Source of the DNA: Nemertoderma westbladi
Taxonomy: Eukaryota > Animalia > Xenacoelomorpha
Assembly (NCBI GenBank): GCA_032718475.1
Contig: JAUCBJ010007923.1
Coordinates: 1-37,003 of the forward strand
Length of the DNA stretch: 37,003 nucleotides
Direction: 5' to 3'
The position numbers and the translations under genes were made by a program. The notes under the pieces were generated by a model, which was not told the DNA's origin, ran no database searches, and was given only the letters and a program-made list of their open reading frames with translations. Below are positions 10,125 to 23,375 of the stretch, in pieces. Positions within the stretch are counted from its first letter, which is position 1; every line of letters starts with the position of its first letter.

Positions 10125-11447
10125 AACTCAGGGACAGGATGGCCGGCTAGAGATCGGGCCACAGCAATGAACGGGAACATCACGGGAATGTAGACGAGAG
10201 ACAACCCGCAATACCATCTAGAGTTATTCGCCCATCGCCTGAAAGGTTAGACAGCGTTCGATCCTTGCTACCTAAGTGTAAGACCAAAAGATCAAAAGAG
10301 GTAGACGTAGTGACACGCTGCAAGCCTAAAATTACATCATAGGGACTGTACTGTCTTGATTCAGGAAAACCCACAGTAGACCTTCACATTCCTACGGGGG
10401 GAGGGAGAGAGAGCAGAGATACTAGTACGCAGATAGGACGTAGGCACACCGGTACAAGGCATACACATTGGTTAGGGTGCAGCAAACTGTACGCTTAACT
10501 CTTGCTAAGTACAGGTGCGTCTGTGACTATTTGCCGTGCAACGGTGTCCATTACATTAGAACTTGTAGGCTAGGGGGGTTGCTGTGTTTTCACCTGAATT
10601 GGGATTGTACCGTTCAGGCGGTAGGGCAGTTTACACTAGGCGCAAATAAATTGAGGCTATCAGGGATATACTAACATCTACCGTGTCCCCGCCAACGCCC
10701 TAATAGGAAGTTACCCGGACTACCTGGGTGACTAAAATTCTAGATAGGAGCCAGGATAGCTATTAGTACCCGTACGCCTACAGTAGTAAACTAACACATC
10801 TCTTCTTAGTATCAGGGACCTGGTACCTAAAATTGCCGAATTCTGGGCGTAGTATTAACCTTATGCCTGAATTTGAGTCCTGGAAATACGCAAGAGGGGA
10901 AGGAACCTTATCATTCGTGAGTATTGGACCTACAAGTTATAAAATTAGAATATTCGTAAAATGCACACCGTACCCAGTAATTATATATGTGAAGGAGCAA
11001 AACTGTTTTGACCATTCAGAATTAACACACGCGCGTTAGAAATTATTTACACCTCGAAATATATAAAATTAACTTTGTCCGTACTGTGCTTTGCCCGCTA
11101 GTTAGACATCTCCAAATATCTGCCTCTGTACCTAGCTAGCGTCCCTTTGCCCAACCATATAAATCACACCGCGGCAAAGTATACGAGCCCCTTAGTCCGT
11201 CAGTGAGTCAGCCTGATTTTAGGATTCGCTGCGCGGGATTTGTTTTATCGAAGTTTGTCTGCTCGTAGACTGTTTTCTGCCTCACCGGTTATAAGAGATC
11301 GATACTGCAATATATTCGCTTACTTAGGGTTTACTGTTTTGGTGAGAAGGTCGGATTTATGATTTGATTTACAAACTTTACAGTAGGATATTGCAGGTAT
11401 TGTTACCGTCTCTTCCGATAGTAGGAATAGGCGTATCTCTTCCAATT

Positions 11448-13684
11448 ACTTGGGTTGTCCAGCAAAGATGTCTTCGGCTAGTTCTTTGTCGATGAATGTA
11501 CCTGTGCTGCCGGAGTCAAGGAGGGCGTTTACTATGAGACTCTTCCCTAGTCCGTGGACTCTCAGCTGCACTACAGGGAATTCCTGGATTCCGACGTTGG
11601 AAGTCGGCACTTTCCAAGATGGTTGCCGATCCGGAATAGTCAGTCGAGGATCTTCTTCGCTTGTTTCAGTCTCATACGTAAGTGCTCGATACACTGCGGT
11701 GTTTATCATATAACAGGATTCGTTTTTGTGGGAGAAGGATTCGTCCGTGTAGAATCCTTCCATCTCAGAGCTGTGGTCAGTGTCGTTCACATCACTGAAT
11801 TGGACATGTAGTTCGGGCTCACTTACCTGACTCGTGCGGGTTCTGTCAAATTCTGTGTGCAGCAAGATATGATGTTTTGCGCCGCACTTAGCACACCTCG
11901 CGTCTGAGTAACAGGTCCGCCGTTGGTGTCCTTGTTTGAGACAATTATAACACAACTGCTTATCCCACATGACATCATGTCTATCCTTTAGGGATTTCTT
12001 CAAGAATTCATCACATCCACTCAAGCGATGGGGCCCGTCGCACAATGCACATTTGGGTTTGATGTTACTTCCTTTAACCTGTGTGGTGTTGTGCACACTT
12101 GTTCTTTCCTCAGGTTTTCTTCCATGAATTATCTTAGGAGACGTGGGAGGAGTTTTTGTTACCTGTTCTCTCCTGTCACTGGTTTGAGACTTAAATTTAC
12201 TTACGTCTTTCTTCGATTTGTTTACATAATAAGATCTTTCAGTGTCTTTCCCGCTGTTCTCCTCGTGGGAGGTTTGGCTTTCGCCATCGTCTGTATAACA
12301 CACTTTTGTTACCTTTCCCCTAGAAACGGGTTTTTCACTCTCCGGTGTCTTCTCTCGGGACCGCTTTAGGAGCTGCAATCTTACCTCTCCATTTAAGAAT
12401 GACATGAGATCAGCCATGGTAGGGTCTCTTTGTTGCTGGTCCATCATATAGAGAACTCTTGTCCCAATGCGTACCTACTCCACCCTTTGGCAAAGTACTG
12501 TAGATGCCACGGCTCCAACAACCATAGAACTCTGATATTCATGAGACTTACCTAACCAATCTAGTTGTCTACAGATCTCCTGAATCTCATCGGAAAACTC
12601 TATAATCCCGCTGCTAAAGAACTTTCGGGGCGCTACTAATTTCGCATACAAATACCTAGCTATGTTAGTCCTATTACCATACCTGATGTTTAGTGTATCC
12701 CAAACTTGTCTTAATCCATCTGGATGTCCAATAAACTTTAACGCCATTAACTTGGGAGGTCCTTCCAAGCATTAGATGAGAAATCTAAGTTTCTCTCCGT
12801 TGGATAGTACAGAGTTCTGTATGTTATCTTTGTAATATTCATTAAAAGATAACCATTTCATCTCATCTCCATTGAACTTGACGATTTCTCCCACCTTTAC
12901 CGCTTGGCGGGCTTCGGTTCTAGCCATTTGATGCGTAAAACTTTCTTGGGCCATCGTATTATTTAATATCGAGTTATCTGTATATAAATTTCTCGGATTA
13001 TGATCAGGTCTATATGGAATATCATTATCAACAGGTTTATAATTACCCTTAATAGGGTTTACTATAGGAGTTTCTACTTCACTAGCAGTATAGATGCGTG
13101 TAGGCTCCACACCTTGCGCATGAAATACTTCAGACCTAACTGGTTGACACATTCTTACAGGCGGTGGTGGTATACCCCTTTGTATATTTACCAATTTATT
13201 GCGTTCTAACGTGATACTCTGCTGCACTTCTTGCAACTCTAACCTACCCTCTCTTACTGTTCCCTTTAACTGCTGAACAGTCCCCTCCAACTCTCGGACC
13301 TGTTGGGAGGAAGGTGCATGATTTTCCTCTATCTGCCCAAGCAGGAGATCCATCCCCCGCCGTCGCTCATCCACCCACTCTACCGCCAAAGCGGGAGCCG
13401 CCAACATAGTAGCGGGTAGACGAGGGACGACGGGCGACAATTCTTTGATGTCTTGCTCAGCGTCCAGGACCGGGATTGATTCAGGGGCTATTCTAATGGG
13501 CACAGGTAGTTTAGTACTGTGCAAAGGGAATTTAGAGTTAGGTTCTGGAAGTACAGGGGTCTCTATCACAGAGGGGGTGGCTTCGAGAACAGGCCTAATA
13601 ATTTCAGGCTCATCTACTATAGTAGGGAGTCTTTCTTCCATAATAATTTGGTCTGTAGGCGCAGGATTACTTAAATCTACACTA
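11448..13684 (-). pseudogene. Duplicated gag-protease segment (copy of 14586-16822)
   Basis: Direct repeat at offset 3138 with about 7 substitutions seen; shares the TAA stop (12772 / 15910) and has an extra TAG at 12475. Confidence 0.95.
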
Positions 13685-16600
13685 CACTGAAGCATTGGCC
13701 GTAAGACGCCGATGTAGTTGCGCGATTCTCTTTTCCGCTAAGGGTCGGTTATTTATAAAGTTGGGTTTTCGCCGTCGGAATGGAAGACCAATCTCATAGC
13801 GACCTTGATCTTTAAGAAAACGGGTAGTCATTTCCTGAATCTGCTTGGCTCTCTCTTCCTCGACGGACAAGGCCTTGTCGTAGGAATTAGGCTCTACAAC
13901 TTCTTGAGTAAAGAATCGCACGGCGTGTTCATCGCGAATTTTATTGTTGTATCGCTCTACCACTTCGTTCAATTTGTCGTTGTAGGTGAATTATCCGCCA
14001 TGATTGATGAGATGGCACAGGTTTACTTGGTTTAACCAAGTTTCATTTTCGTTGAGGAGGTCGATTGTATTTTCCTCGTCGTATAATTGGTTAATATCGT
14101 CATTGTCTGATGAGTATGTTATTCCCTCAGTTGTGGTTTCTCCCTCACTGATTTCTTCTTCACATTCATTCACCTGATGTATCCTCTCCTCAGGGAGTCT
14201 TTCCATGAGTGTTCTACGGGAAGGTCCAGTGAAGTACCAACCTACTCTCATTCTTCCCGCGTACGCTTGTAATGGTTGCGGTCAAGCAGGCCGTTTTTCT
14301 AATGTCTCAAGCGCCTCGTGCGCATTTTGGCCGATTAATATCTGCACCCCTGGGTAGTCGGTGTTGAATCTAGGGATATTATGCTGCTGGGTAAAATGGT
14401 CTTCATCCCAGTTGTAAGGTTCCACTTGGCTGGTAGCAAAGTTCTTTATCGCCACCATTTTAATGACCTTATGCTATGTTCTCCTAGTTCATCCTGGGGA
14501 GTGGACAACACACCCACATAGTAATCTGTAGCTACTGTGGATTTCCAAACCTGCATAATTCCTGAAAGGTTCAACTTAGTTCGGAACTTGGGTTGTCCAG
14601 CAAAGATGTCTTCGGCTAGTTCTTTGTCGATGAATCTACCTGTGCTGCCGGAGTCAAGGAGGGCGTTTACTATGAGACTCTTCCCTAGTCCGTGGACTCT
14701 CAGCTGCACTACAGGGAATTCCTGGATTCCGACGTTGGAAGTCGGCACTTTCCAAGATGGTTGCCGATCCGGAATAGTCAGTCGAGGATCTTCTTCGCTT
14801 GTTTCAGTCTCATACGTAAGTGCTCGATACACTGCGGTGTTTATCATATAACAGGATTCGTTTTTGTGGGAGAAGGATTCGTCCGTGTAGAATCCTTCCA
14901 TCTCAGAGCTGTGGTCAGTGTCGTTCACATCACTGAATTGGACATGTAGTTCGGGCTCACTTACCTGACTCGTGCGGGTTCTGTCAAATTCTGTGTGCAG
15001 CAAGATATGATGTTTTGCGCCGCACTTAGCACACCTCGCGTCTGAGTAACAGGTCCGCCGTTGGTGTCCTTGTCTGAGACAATTATAACACAACTGCTTA
15101 TCCCACATGACATCATGTCTATCCTTTAGGGATTTCTTCAAGAATTCATCACATCCACTCAAGCGATGGGGCCCGTCGCACAATGCACATTTGGGTTTGA
15201 TGTTACTTCCTTTAACCTGTGTGGTGTTGTGCACACTTGTTCTTTCCTCAGGTTTTCTTCCATGAATTATCTTAGGAGACGTGGGAGGAGTTTTTGTTAC
15301 CTGTTCTCTCCTGTCACTGGTTTGAGACTTAAATTTACTTACGTCTTTCTTCGATTTGTTTACATAATAAGATCTTTCAGTGTCTTTCCCGCTGTTCTCC
15401 TCGTGGGAGGTTTGGCTTTCGCCATCGTCTGTATAACACACTTTTGTTACCTTTCCCCTAGAAACGGGTTTTTCACTCTCCGGTGTCTTCTCTCGGGACC
15501 GCTTTAGGAGCTGCAATCTTACCTCTCCATTTAAGAATGACATGAGATCAGCCATGGTAGGGTCTCTTTGTTGCTGGTCCATCATATAGAGAACTCTTGT
15601 CCCAATGCGTACCCACTCCACCCTTTGGCAAAGTACTGTAGATGCCACGGCTCCAACAACCATAGAACTCTGATATTCATGAGACTTACCTAACCAATCT
15701 AGTTGTCTACAGATCTCCTGAATCTCATCGGAAAACTCTATAATCCCGCTGCTAAGGAACTTTCGGGGCGCTACTAATTTCGCATACAAATACCTAGCTA
15801 TGTTAGTCCTATTACCATACCTGATGTTTAGTGTATCCCAAACTTGTCTTAATCCATCTGGATGTCCAATAAACTTTAACGCCATTAACTTGGGAGGTCC
15901 TTCCAAGCATTAGATGAGAAATCTAAGTTTCTCTCCGTTGGATAGTACAGAGTTCTGTATGTTATCTTTGTAATATTCATTAAAAGATAACCATTTCATC
16001 TCATCTCCATTGAACTTGACGATTTCTCCCACCTTTACCGCTTGGTGGGCTTCGGTTCTAGCCATTTGATGCGTAAAACTTTCTTGGGCCATCGTATTAT
16101 TTAATATCGAGTTATCTGTATATAAATTTCTCGGATTATGATCAGGTCTATATGGAATATCATTATCAACAGGTTTATAATTACCCTTAATAGGGTTTAC
16201 TATAGGAGTTTCTACTTCACTAGCAGTATAGATGCGTGTAGGCTCCACACCTTGCGCATGAAATACTTCAGACCTAACTGGTTGACACATTCTTACAGGC
16301 GGTGGTGGTATACCCCTTTGTATATTTACCAATTTATTGCGTTCTAACGCGATACTCTGCTGCACTTCTTGCAACTCTAACCTACCCTCTCTTACTGTTC
16401 CCTTTAACTGCTGAACAGTCCCCTCCAACTCTCGGACCTGTTGGGAGGAACGTGCATGATTTTCCTCTATCTGCCCAAGCAGGAGATCCATCCCCCGCCG
16501 TCGCTCATCCACCCACTCTACCGCCAAAGCGGGAGCCGCCAACATAGTAGCGGGTAGACGAGGGACGACGGGCGACAATTCTTTGATGTCTTGCTCAGCG

Positions 16601-17721
16601 TCCAGGACCGGGATTGATTCAGGGGCTATTCTAATGGGCACAGGTAGTTTAGTACTGTGCAAAGGGAATTTAGAGTTAGGTTCTGGAAGTACAGGGGTCT
16701 CTATCACAGAGGGGGTGGCTTCGAGAACAGGCCTAATAATTTCAGGCTCATCTACTATAGTAGGGAGTCTTTCTTCCATAATAATTTGGTCTGTAGGCGC
16801 AGGATTACTTAAATCTACACTAGCTAGTTGCCTTCTCACTGCGGGAGGCAAATTAGGCAATTTCTGTCGGTGTGGCACTCTTCTACGTCTGCTGGGACGA
16901 GATTTATTTCCTCTACCTTCAGGATCCGTTGTATCGCCTTCATCAGAGGAGGTAAATCCCTGTCTCCTGGGAGTAGATCGACTCAGCATCTGCATCTGAG
17001 AAGCTATTCTCTGTTTATTTAAGTAATCTTGCTTCACTTGAAGATTTTCCAACTCTAGTTGGGCTGTCTCTTCAGATGCCTTCTGTTCTGCTTCTACCAC
17101 TGCCTCTGCCGCTTTTCTTTCTGCTTCTGCCGCTGCCACTTTTCTTTCAATTTCTGCTGCTGCCGCTTTTCTTTCCGCTTCTGCCGCTGCCGCTTTTCTT
17201 TCAATTTCCGCTGCTGCCGCTTTTCTTTCCGCTTCTGCCGCTGCTGCTTTTCTTTCCGCTTCTGCCGCTGCTGCTTTTCTTTCAATTTCCGCTGCTACCG
17301 CTTTTCTTTCCGCTTCTGCCACTGCCACTCTCCTTTCAATTTCCGCTGCTGCCGCTGCCGCTGCCTTTCTGTCTTCTATTCGTGTTTTCCTTAATTGTTC
17401 TTCCTGTTCCCTAGTGATGAGGATGCTTTCATCATATTTAGCCTGCTCAGCGGCTAACATTTCCGCATCTAACGAGTCCAACACAGATTTGGCTCCCTCA
17501 CTATTAGGGTGAAGTCCAGCTAGCCTTCTCCTTAGCTCTTTGTCACCTATGAATCGTTGATAGTCTGAAAGATAGATGTCAATAGCGTCTTTCTTCTGAG
17601 GTTTTTCGGATGTAACTTCGCTTTCCACCTGAGAAAAGGTAGCGTCTGTTGATTCTCCATGGGTCATGCGCTCGGTTAGCTGAGCTTTCCATTGTGTCGT
17701 TCCTTGGACTTTAAGACTCAC
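13685..17721 (-). pseudogene. Bel/Pao gag-protease-early pol, disrupted
   Basis: ORFs 15910-17721, 14446-15906, 13991-14251 and 13682-13972 are consecutive pieces broken by in-frame stops (15910, 13991) and a frameshift near 14450; truncated before RT. Confidence 0.9.
17095..17370 (-). repeat. 27-bp coding tandem repeat, AAAAE(A/I)ERK
   Basis: About 9-10 units in the gag N-terminal region. Confidence 0.92.
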
Positions 17722-18118
17722 CCGTTGGAACCAAGTTTTTACAGTTTTTACATAAATAAAACTGACAGAAATAAGTAAAGTCCAATAAAAAAACAGGGCT
17801 GCAGTCCCTGACTAAATATCAAGACCTACCGGTATATAATTATCAAAATCGAATAACACTGTTGTACCTGTAAGTACTGATGCGGGTAGTTGGGCAGTTA
17901 GGCCTACAGCTTACCGTTCGACCGGTACCTTCGACTTTATTGCCTACTGTGCAATAAAGATGAAATCTATTATTGTTCGCGCTTTCAGACCTTTAGCAGT
18001 TTCACCTGCCAATTTTAGGTGTCCTCTTGTTTATAAATCGACTTTAGCCTATAACAATTATTTAGTACACATGAAGTAACATTAGCCGAAGCCAGTCTAT
18101 GCGCGATCATTCACCCAC

Positions 18119-18517
18119 TGTTAAGGGAGACTGGATTCTGGTGCTTTGCAGTTATTGCAGTGTAGACCTACTGTATTATTCGATTGATCGTTACTATATA
18201 ATTTCTGACAATATACTTACTTTCGGGGAAATATTAACAGTTCCTTTAGGACGTGGCGCTTTAAGTATATAACAGGGTTATGACTTACACTAAACACAAC
18301 GGGATGGCTACTGAGTTTCGTAAATAGCTCATTCTTTAGGAGATGCTTTATTATCTGTCACACTACTTCACACGACTTCACACTACTTCACACTGATCTG
18401 CCGACCGTCACTGAATTTGATCATATATAAGGAGGATAGCAACTGACACATGTAGGGATTATGAAATAGCATTTAATTCACATAAAAATCACTATAATGT
18501 AAGTCGAAATTGCTACA
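18119..18517 (-). promoter_or_regulatory. Putative 5' LTR of the minus-strand element
   Basis: Minus strand: TGTAGC start at 18517, TATA-like TTATATAT ~18423-18430, 11-bp repeat x3 ~18360-18395, AATAAA 18347-18352, ...TTAACA at 18119 followed by GTGG. Boundaries tentative. Confidence 0.4.
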
Positions 18518-19299
18518 GGTTACCTGTTCCTCTTACCTTCAGTAATCAAGAAGATTGGGGTTTATGATTATTTATCGTTATTCTCCAAATATAACAACAT
18601 ATCCCTCCATATACAACAATTAATAACAGACAGTAAACAGAAGTAAAATAATGCGGTGAACAATCAGTATATGTTACGTAGTGCATTGAGTAATGTTCCC
18701 AATCAGATAATAGATTTACGTTCTTATAATCAAAGCCATCTAATGTTGGCCAAAGTCTGAAACTTCTACAGAAGTACAGAAGAATTCCAAGCCGGTGTTT
18801 TGCTGCTCGGAAAATAGTAAACAAAGACCGTCATGCATTGCGCAGTTTTCCATAGGCCTCTGTAGAAGCAAAATGAAAATCGCTCTGAATGGCTGACTTA
18901 GCTAGGCAGAACAAAGAAAGGTTCCACGTTGACAGTCAATCAGCTGACAGATTTCGTCATCTGAGCTCCAATCTTTTAGAGTATTAAGCGAATTGTGGCA
19001 AAATGACTTGTTATGTCCGCTAAAAGCACCTACACGGCACATTGCGGGTAAAAATGACTTATTATATCCACAAAAGCTTTTACAGTAGACCAGCCTTCCA
19101 ACTCGAGGCAGTGACTTGAGTTATTTGTCTTATTTGCATAACTTTATGCCGTATCAGTTCAACAGATCACTGACCTAACCTCAAATTATCTACACCCAAT
19201 GACGTTAGTATTAACAGCGATTTGTTATTTAGCACTTTACAACCTTAGAGGACATTACAGCATTGTATTGGCCTGTACATTTAGTATTGTATTTGGTGT

Positions 19300-19390
19300 T
19301 ATTGTTTACATGGTAACCCATGACGGCGTTAAGTAAAGTCCACTAAGGGGACATTACTTAACGCCGTCATTGGATACCATGTAAACAATA
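19300..19390. repeat. Near-perfect inverted repeat
   Basis: 42-bp arms, 3 mismatches, 7-nt loop. Confidence 0.92.
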
Positions 19391-20360
19391 GGTGTAAATT
19401 TGCCTGACAGCCAGATAGGCCTACTACATTACCTACCGGTAGGCGGGGTATAGCTATTAATAATCAGTAGGGCCTAGCTATATTATTATATCATGGCTCC
19501 AAAAAGCAAGCAAACAGTCGGCCAAAGCCGGAGGCGACCCAAAGGCTCCTCTTTCGATAGCTGCTACCCGAGGGTAGGGGTGGGCGATACTCCTATCCCA
19601 AGATTTGGCCATGGCTCCCAACGCCACCATAAATATAAGCTAACTTATATATAACATAATTTATGTCATTTTTACATTTATTTATACAGCAACTAATATA
19701 AATTGTGCAGTTTCTATCACTTATAATGTATATGTACAATCATTTCGTAATGTTAAAATTCTGGAATAAAAACTACATACATACTTGTTGCAAAGTACTT
19801 TACAGTGTTCTGATCCTCTCGGCTATATTTTCACTCACTCACTAACGTTCATTCGTGTAACAAAGCCACTCGGATCATCACACTGTAAAGTGCTACTTTA
19901 CACACAAGTATTTAAATAGTTATTACATTGTTTTATATTGCAAAGTCGCGAAAGATGTTTGGTTTGTAATAAAAAAATGAGACAAGACAATCTATCTCGT
20001 AATATGGAAACACATTGAAAGGCTAAATTAATGGAACCGTTACCAAAAAAATTAAAAAAACAGGATGATATTTATAGTGAAGATGAAAAGAAAGAGAGAG
20101 ATGAGCGTGAAATATTAAAGATAAAACATTCAATGGAAAATAAATGGCATAAAGTTATGAATTATTTTGAGAGGGATACAAAAACAGTTACCCCTAGTAC
20201 CTTTAGTAAATGAAGAAAATTTGAGTGAGAAAGATGAAGAAGAAGAGGATGATGAGATGGAGAATGAAAATAGTGACAGACAGGATGAAGTTTAAGAGAG
20301 TGAGGAAGTGCAAACGAATCTTATTGTTTATATGTTTTTAACATCCATGAAATTGTATAA

Positions 20361-20503
20361 ATTATTAAGTAATTTAATCAGGACTTAGGATGATCCAACT
20401 CAATAGCAAATGGAGCGGATAAAATGAATTCGCCACCAGCGGGGATCGAACCCGCGTCTCCCGATAAACGTTCAGGTATGCTTACAATTACACCACAGAC
20501 TGA
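20361..20503 (-). mobile_element. tRNA-derived SINE-like unit, copy 1
   Basis: Minus strand: degenerate A-box, stem CCTGA-ACGTTTA-TCGGG, T-arm GCGGG-TTCGATC-CCCGC; 3' tail shared with copy 2. Confidence 0.75.
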
Positions 20504-20692
20504 CACATATACGTATATATACGTATAAATTCTTAAGTAATTTAAATAGGACTTAGGATGATACAATTAAGATTCGTTTGCAGTACAGGTCATAACTGCT
20601 ACTGTATTAGAATACAGATTAAATCCATCCGTTAGGGTGGACTGTATTCAATGGAAACCATGAGGTAGCTTACCACTTATAGCAAATCAATC

Positions 20693-20826
20693 TCCGTGTT
20701 GTAGTGGTTAGCATACCTAAACGTTTATCGGGAGACGCAGGTTCGATCCCCGCTGGTGGCGAATTCATTTTTTCCGCTCCATTTGCTATAGAGTCATCCT
20801 AAGTCCTGTTAAAATTACTTAATAAT
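20693..20826 (+). mobile_element. tRNA-derived SINE-like unit, copy 2
   Basis: GTAGTGGTTAGCAT A-box region, GGTTCGATCCC B-box, T6 run; inverted copy of 20361-20503. Confidence 0.75.
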
Positions 20827-21545
20827 ATCTATTAATATTATTATATTTTAATATAATAATATTACTATATATAATACTATTACTTTCTTCTGTATAATAA
20901 TATGCTATTATGCTATATAATGATGTTATCATATTATGTAATTATTTAAATATAATAATTTAATTAATTTACCAATTTATTCAGTATGTTCTATTTTATT
21001 TTCTTCTTCATTATTTCCTATTTTATTCTTTCAATTTGAATATATGAATTATAAATGGGAAAATGTTTGACGTGGGCCCCATAGCATTGTTAGTGTGAAG
21101 CACAAAAGTATTCAACATAATGTATACACTATGTATAAAAAAGTGAGTATAACAAATTATGATTCAACAATGTGCAACATGCGGAATAACCAGTATAGTG
21201 ATTATCTACAGAGCAACACGAGACGGATGAATTGAATAAGCAAGCAATGGCTGGACTCTGAAATAATTTTCAAAAAATGTGTGCTTTGCAATCTCCTAGC
21301 CTAACAAGGACTATAAAAATATAGTCAAAAAGGTAGCCAATTGTATAATGTATACCTTACTATTATGTTTGTTAGCGGGTGCCACTGACCTTCATTTCCT
21401 GTAATATTTAACAAAGTAAGTGGACACATTTTGACATTTACTTAGAAAGACCAAAAATTAACTGTAATATTTTCTCTAATATTTATGCATAACAAATGCT
21501 CCTGAAATTATCAGATCATTATAAATATTATATATATTGTAAATG

Positions 21546-21607
21546 AATATTTTGATCGAAATCTAACCTAAGTAGGGCTACTTAGGTTAGTTTTCGATCG
21601 AAATATT
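21546..21607. repeat. Palindrome
   Basis: 30-bp arms, 2 mismatches, 2-nt spacer. Confidence 0.9.
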
Positions 21608-21954
21608 GATGAAATATAATTTTCTACCTTAAATGGGAGTGATATAATGTTGTTGGTAAATAATGTGAATAAGTCAATAAATACCTACATAACATTCCCC
21701 ATTTAATGTGATGTATATAAGAATTATTTTATTGTCGCAACCACTGAGAGAGTTAATGATTAATTACACAAAAAGTAATGGGGAATTGAATGCACCTGTT
21801 GTTACTACCTCTCTTATTTACTACCTCGTTTGAATCGTAAAGTTGTTATAAAGTACAGTGAAATTGATTATATACCAACCTGAAGAATGTAGTCAACAAT
21901 GCAATAGGTAGAATAGTGAGCCGTTGCTGTAGTACATAGGATATACTACAAACA

Positions 21955-22330
21955 TGTGGGGCGAGCGACGAAAGTAAACGAGCTTAGCATACAGGACACA
22001 GGTACCACGAACTCAATCGGTGTGTCTGTTGCTCTGTTGTTCTGTTGTGGGGCGAGCCACGAAGTGAGTGAGCCTTAGCGTAGTGGTACCATTAATCAAC
22101 CTGTCGTTATGTTGATCTGTGGGGCGAGCCACTAAGTGAGTGAGCCTTAGCATAGGGGTACCATTAATCTACCTGTCGTTCTGTTCAACTGTCGCTTTTT
22201 TTTCAGTGTTCAATTTTGAACGTTAATAACTCAATCAATCCTCGATAAAATGTGAACCAAATTTGGTAGACAAATAGTCTATCAAAAGTTTAGAAATTTT
22301 ACAAGTTGAATTTGCTTGGGGCCTTCGTGC
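21955..22330 (+). repeat. Helitron/Helentron-like non-autonomous repeat with ~72-bp tandem heads
   Basis: Three tgtggggcgagc-acgaagtgagtgagccttagc units with ctgtt runs, then a body similar to 23736-23890. Confidence 0.5.
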
Positions 22331-23375
22331 AGCACCAGTGTCTTACAGTTATAATAAATTTATTTGTCCAAAATTATAACGCTTGACATCAGCGGGTTGC
22401 TAGGGGACTAAATCAGCTGGGTTTCTGGTAAATTACGAAATTACAGTAATACCAAGGACTTCAGTAGTCCTTGACAATACTGCAATACCATACTGTGTTT
22501 GGTGTTATACGGTACTGGCTGACTGGTACCGCGATACCGGTGCAGTGATTATAGATCATGTATAGGCCTACTGGAACAGGACAGGTCAAATTCTGTTTTC
22601 CCTAATTAGCCATGCACTGCAGCGCGGACTAGCTGGACTGCGGTCCTGAATTAGTTTAGAGGGTCCGTTCTGCCGTTGGCGCCGTTTGCCCTACCTGCCT
22701 ACTCCTACTACTGTCAGACTGTAAAACCGGACTGTCAGCAACTGCCAACTACAGAACTACCAGTACCTTACTGAACTATGACAGCACTATACCGCATTTC
22801 TACGCTCCTGTCAGCGATGAAAGAAAATTAATTTCTTCGTTTACGGTTTCTGCTCTTGTTAATGGATTAATATGTTAATTAAAGACTATGTACCTGTATA
22901 CAAAGGCACTGGCCAACGTATACTACGATGGCACCGGCAACTGGTAGAATCAGATGTAGGCAGATTGTAGGTATGTATTGTAGGTAGGATGTACCGGTAC
23001 ATACCAATCTGCCAATGCAACAATAGCAATAGGCCTACCCCAACAAACCATCCATCGACTCTGGACTTGCAACTGTAACCATGGAAGTTATGTGGACTAA
23101 CCAGCTGACTGACATTCTTAGTTCAGGCACCCACTACCACCAGAGTCTACCCAGCTGCCCAGAAAAGTGTTGGAATGGAAATCAAACAACTCACCACCAA
23201 GGTCGCCTCTGTCTGTTACCTCGACTTTCGGTATTGCTCCCGCTACGGGCAAACTGGACTAACCGTAACTGAGGATGACATAATTCGGTTTTTTAATCTC
23301 ACTCACCCAGTGCCCTGTGGTGTTGAAATTGACACACATTGTACAAGCAGTAGGCCTAGTGCTCCGAGTTTCCGG

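Larger units (their letters stand above)
11448..18517 (-). mobile_element. Defective, rearranged Bel/Pao LTR retrotransposon (different family from the first)
   Basis: Gag (KFNGDEMKWLSF; CALCDGPH, CYNCLRQGHQRRTC, CAKCGAKHH), protease ALLDSGS, pre-RT segment GRYEIGLPF; no RT core, RNase H or integrase. May extend left to ~10125. Confidence 0.88.

Noticed and set aside
10396-10415. Polypurine tract of an LTR element
   Set aside because: Not followed by a TG LTR start, lies outside the inferred element 1 and is on the wrong strand for element 2.
15907-15912. Programmed stop readthrough in gag (also at 12772)
   Set aside because: Falls inside a conserved gag domain, the element has other lesions, and both instances derive from one duplication.
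17059-17414. Cys/Phe-rich and Leu/Pro-rich ORFs
   Set aside because: Antisense readings of the 27-bp repeat.
20031-20300. Short acidic/basic ORF with PKKLKK
   Set aside because: Low complexity, interrupted by stops, no recognisable domain.
9659-20826. Functional tRNA genes at 9659, ~20430 and ~20695
   Set aside because: Acceptor stems do not pair and anticodon arms or loops are non-canonical.
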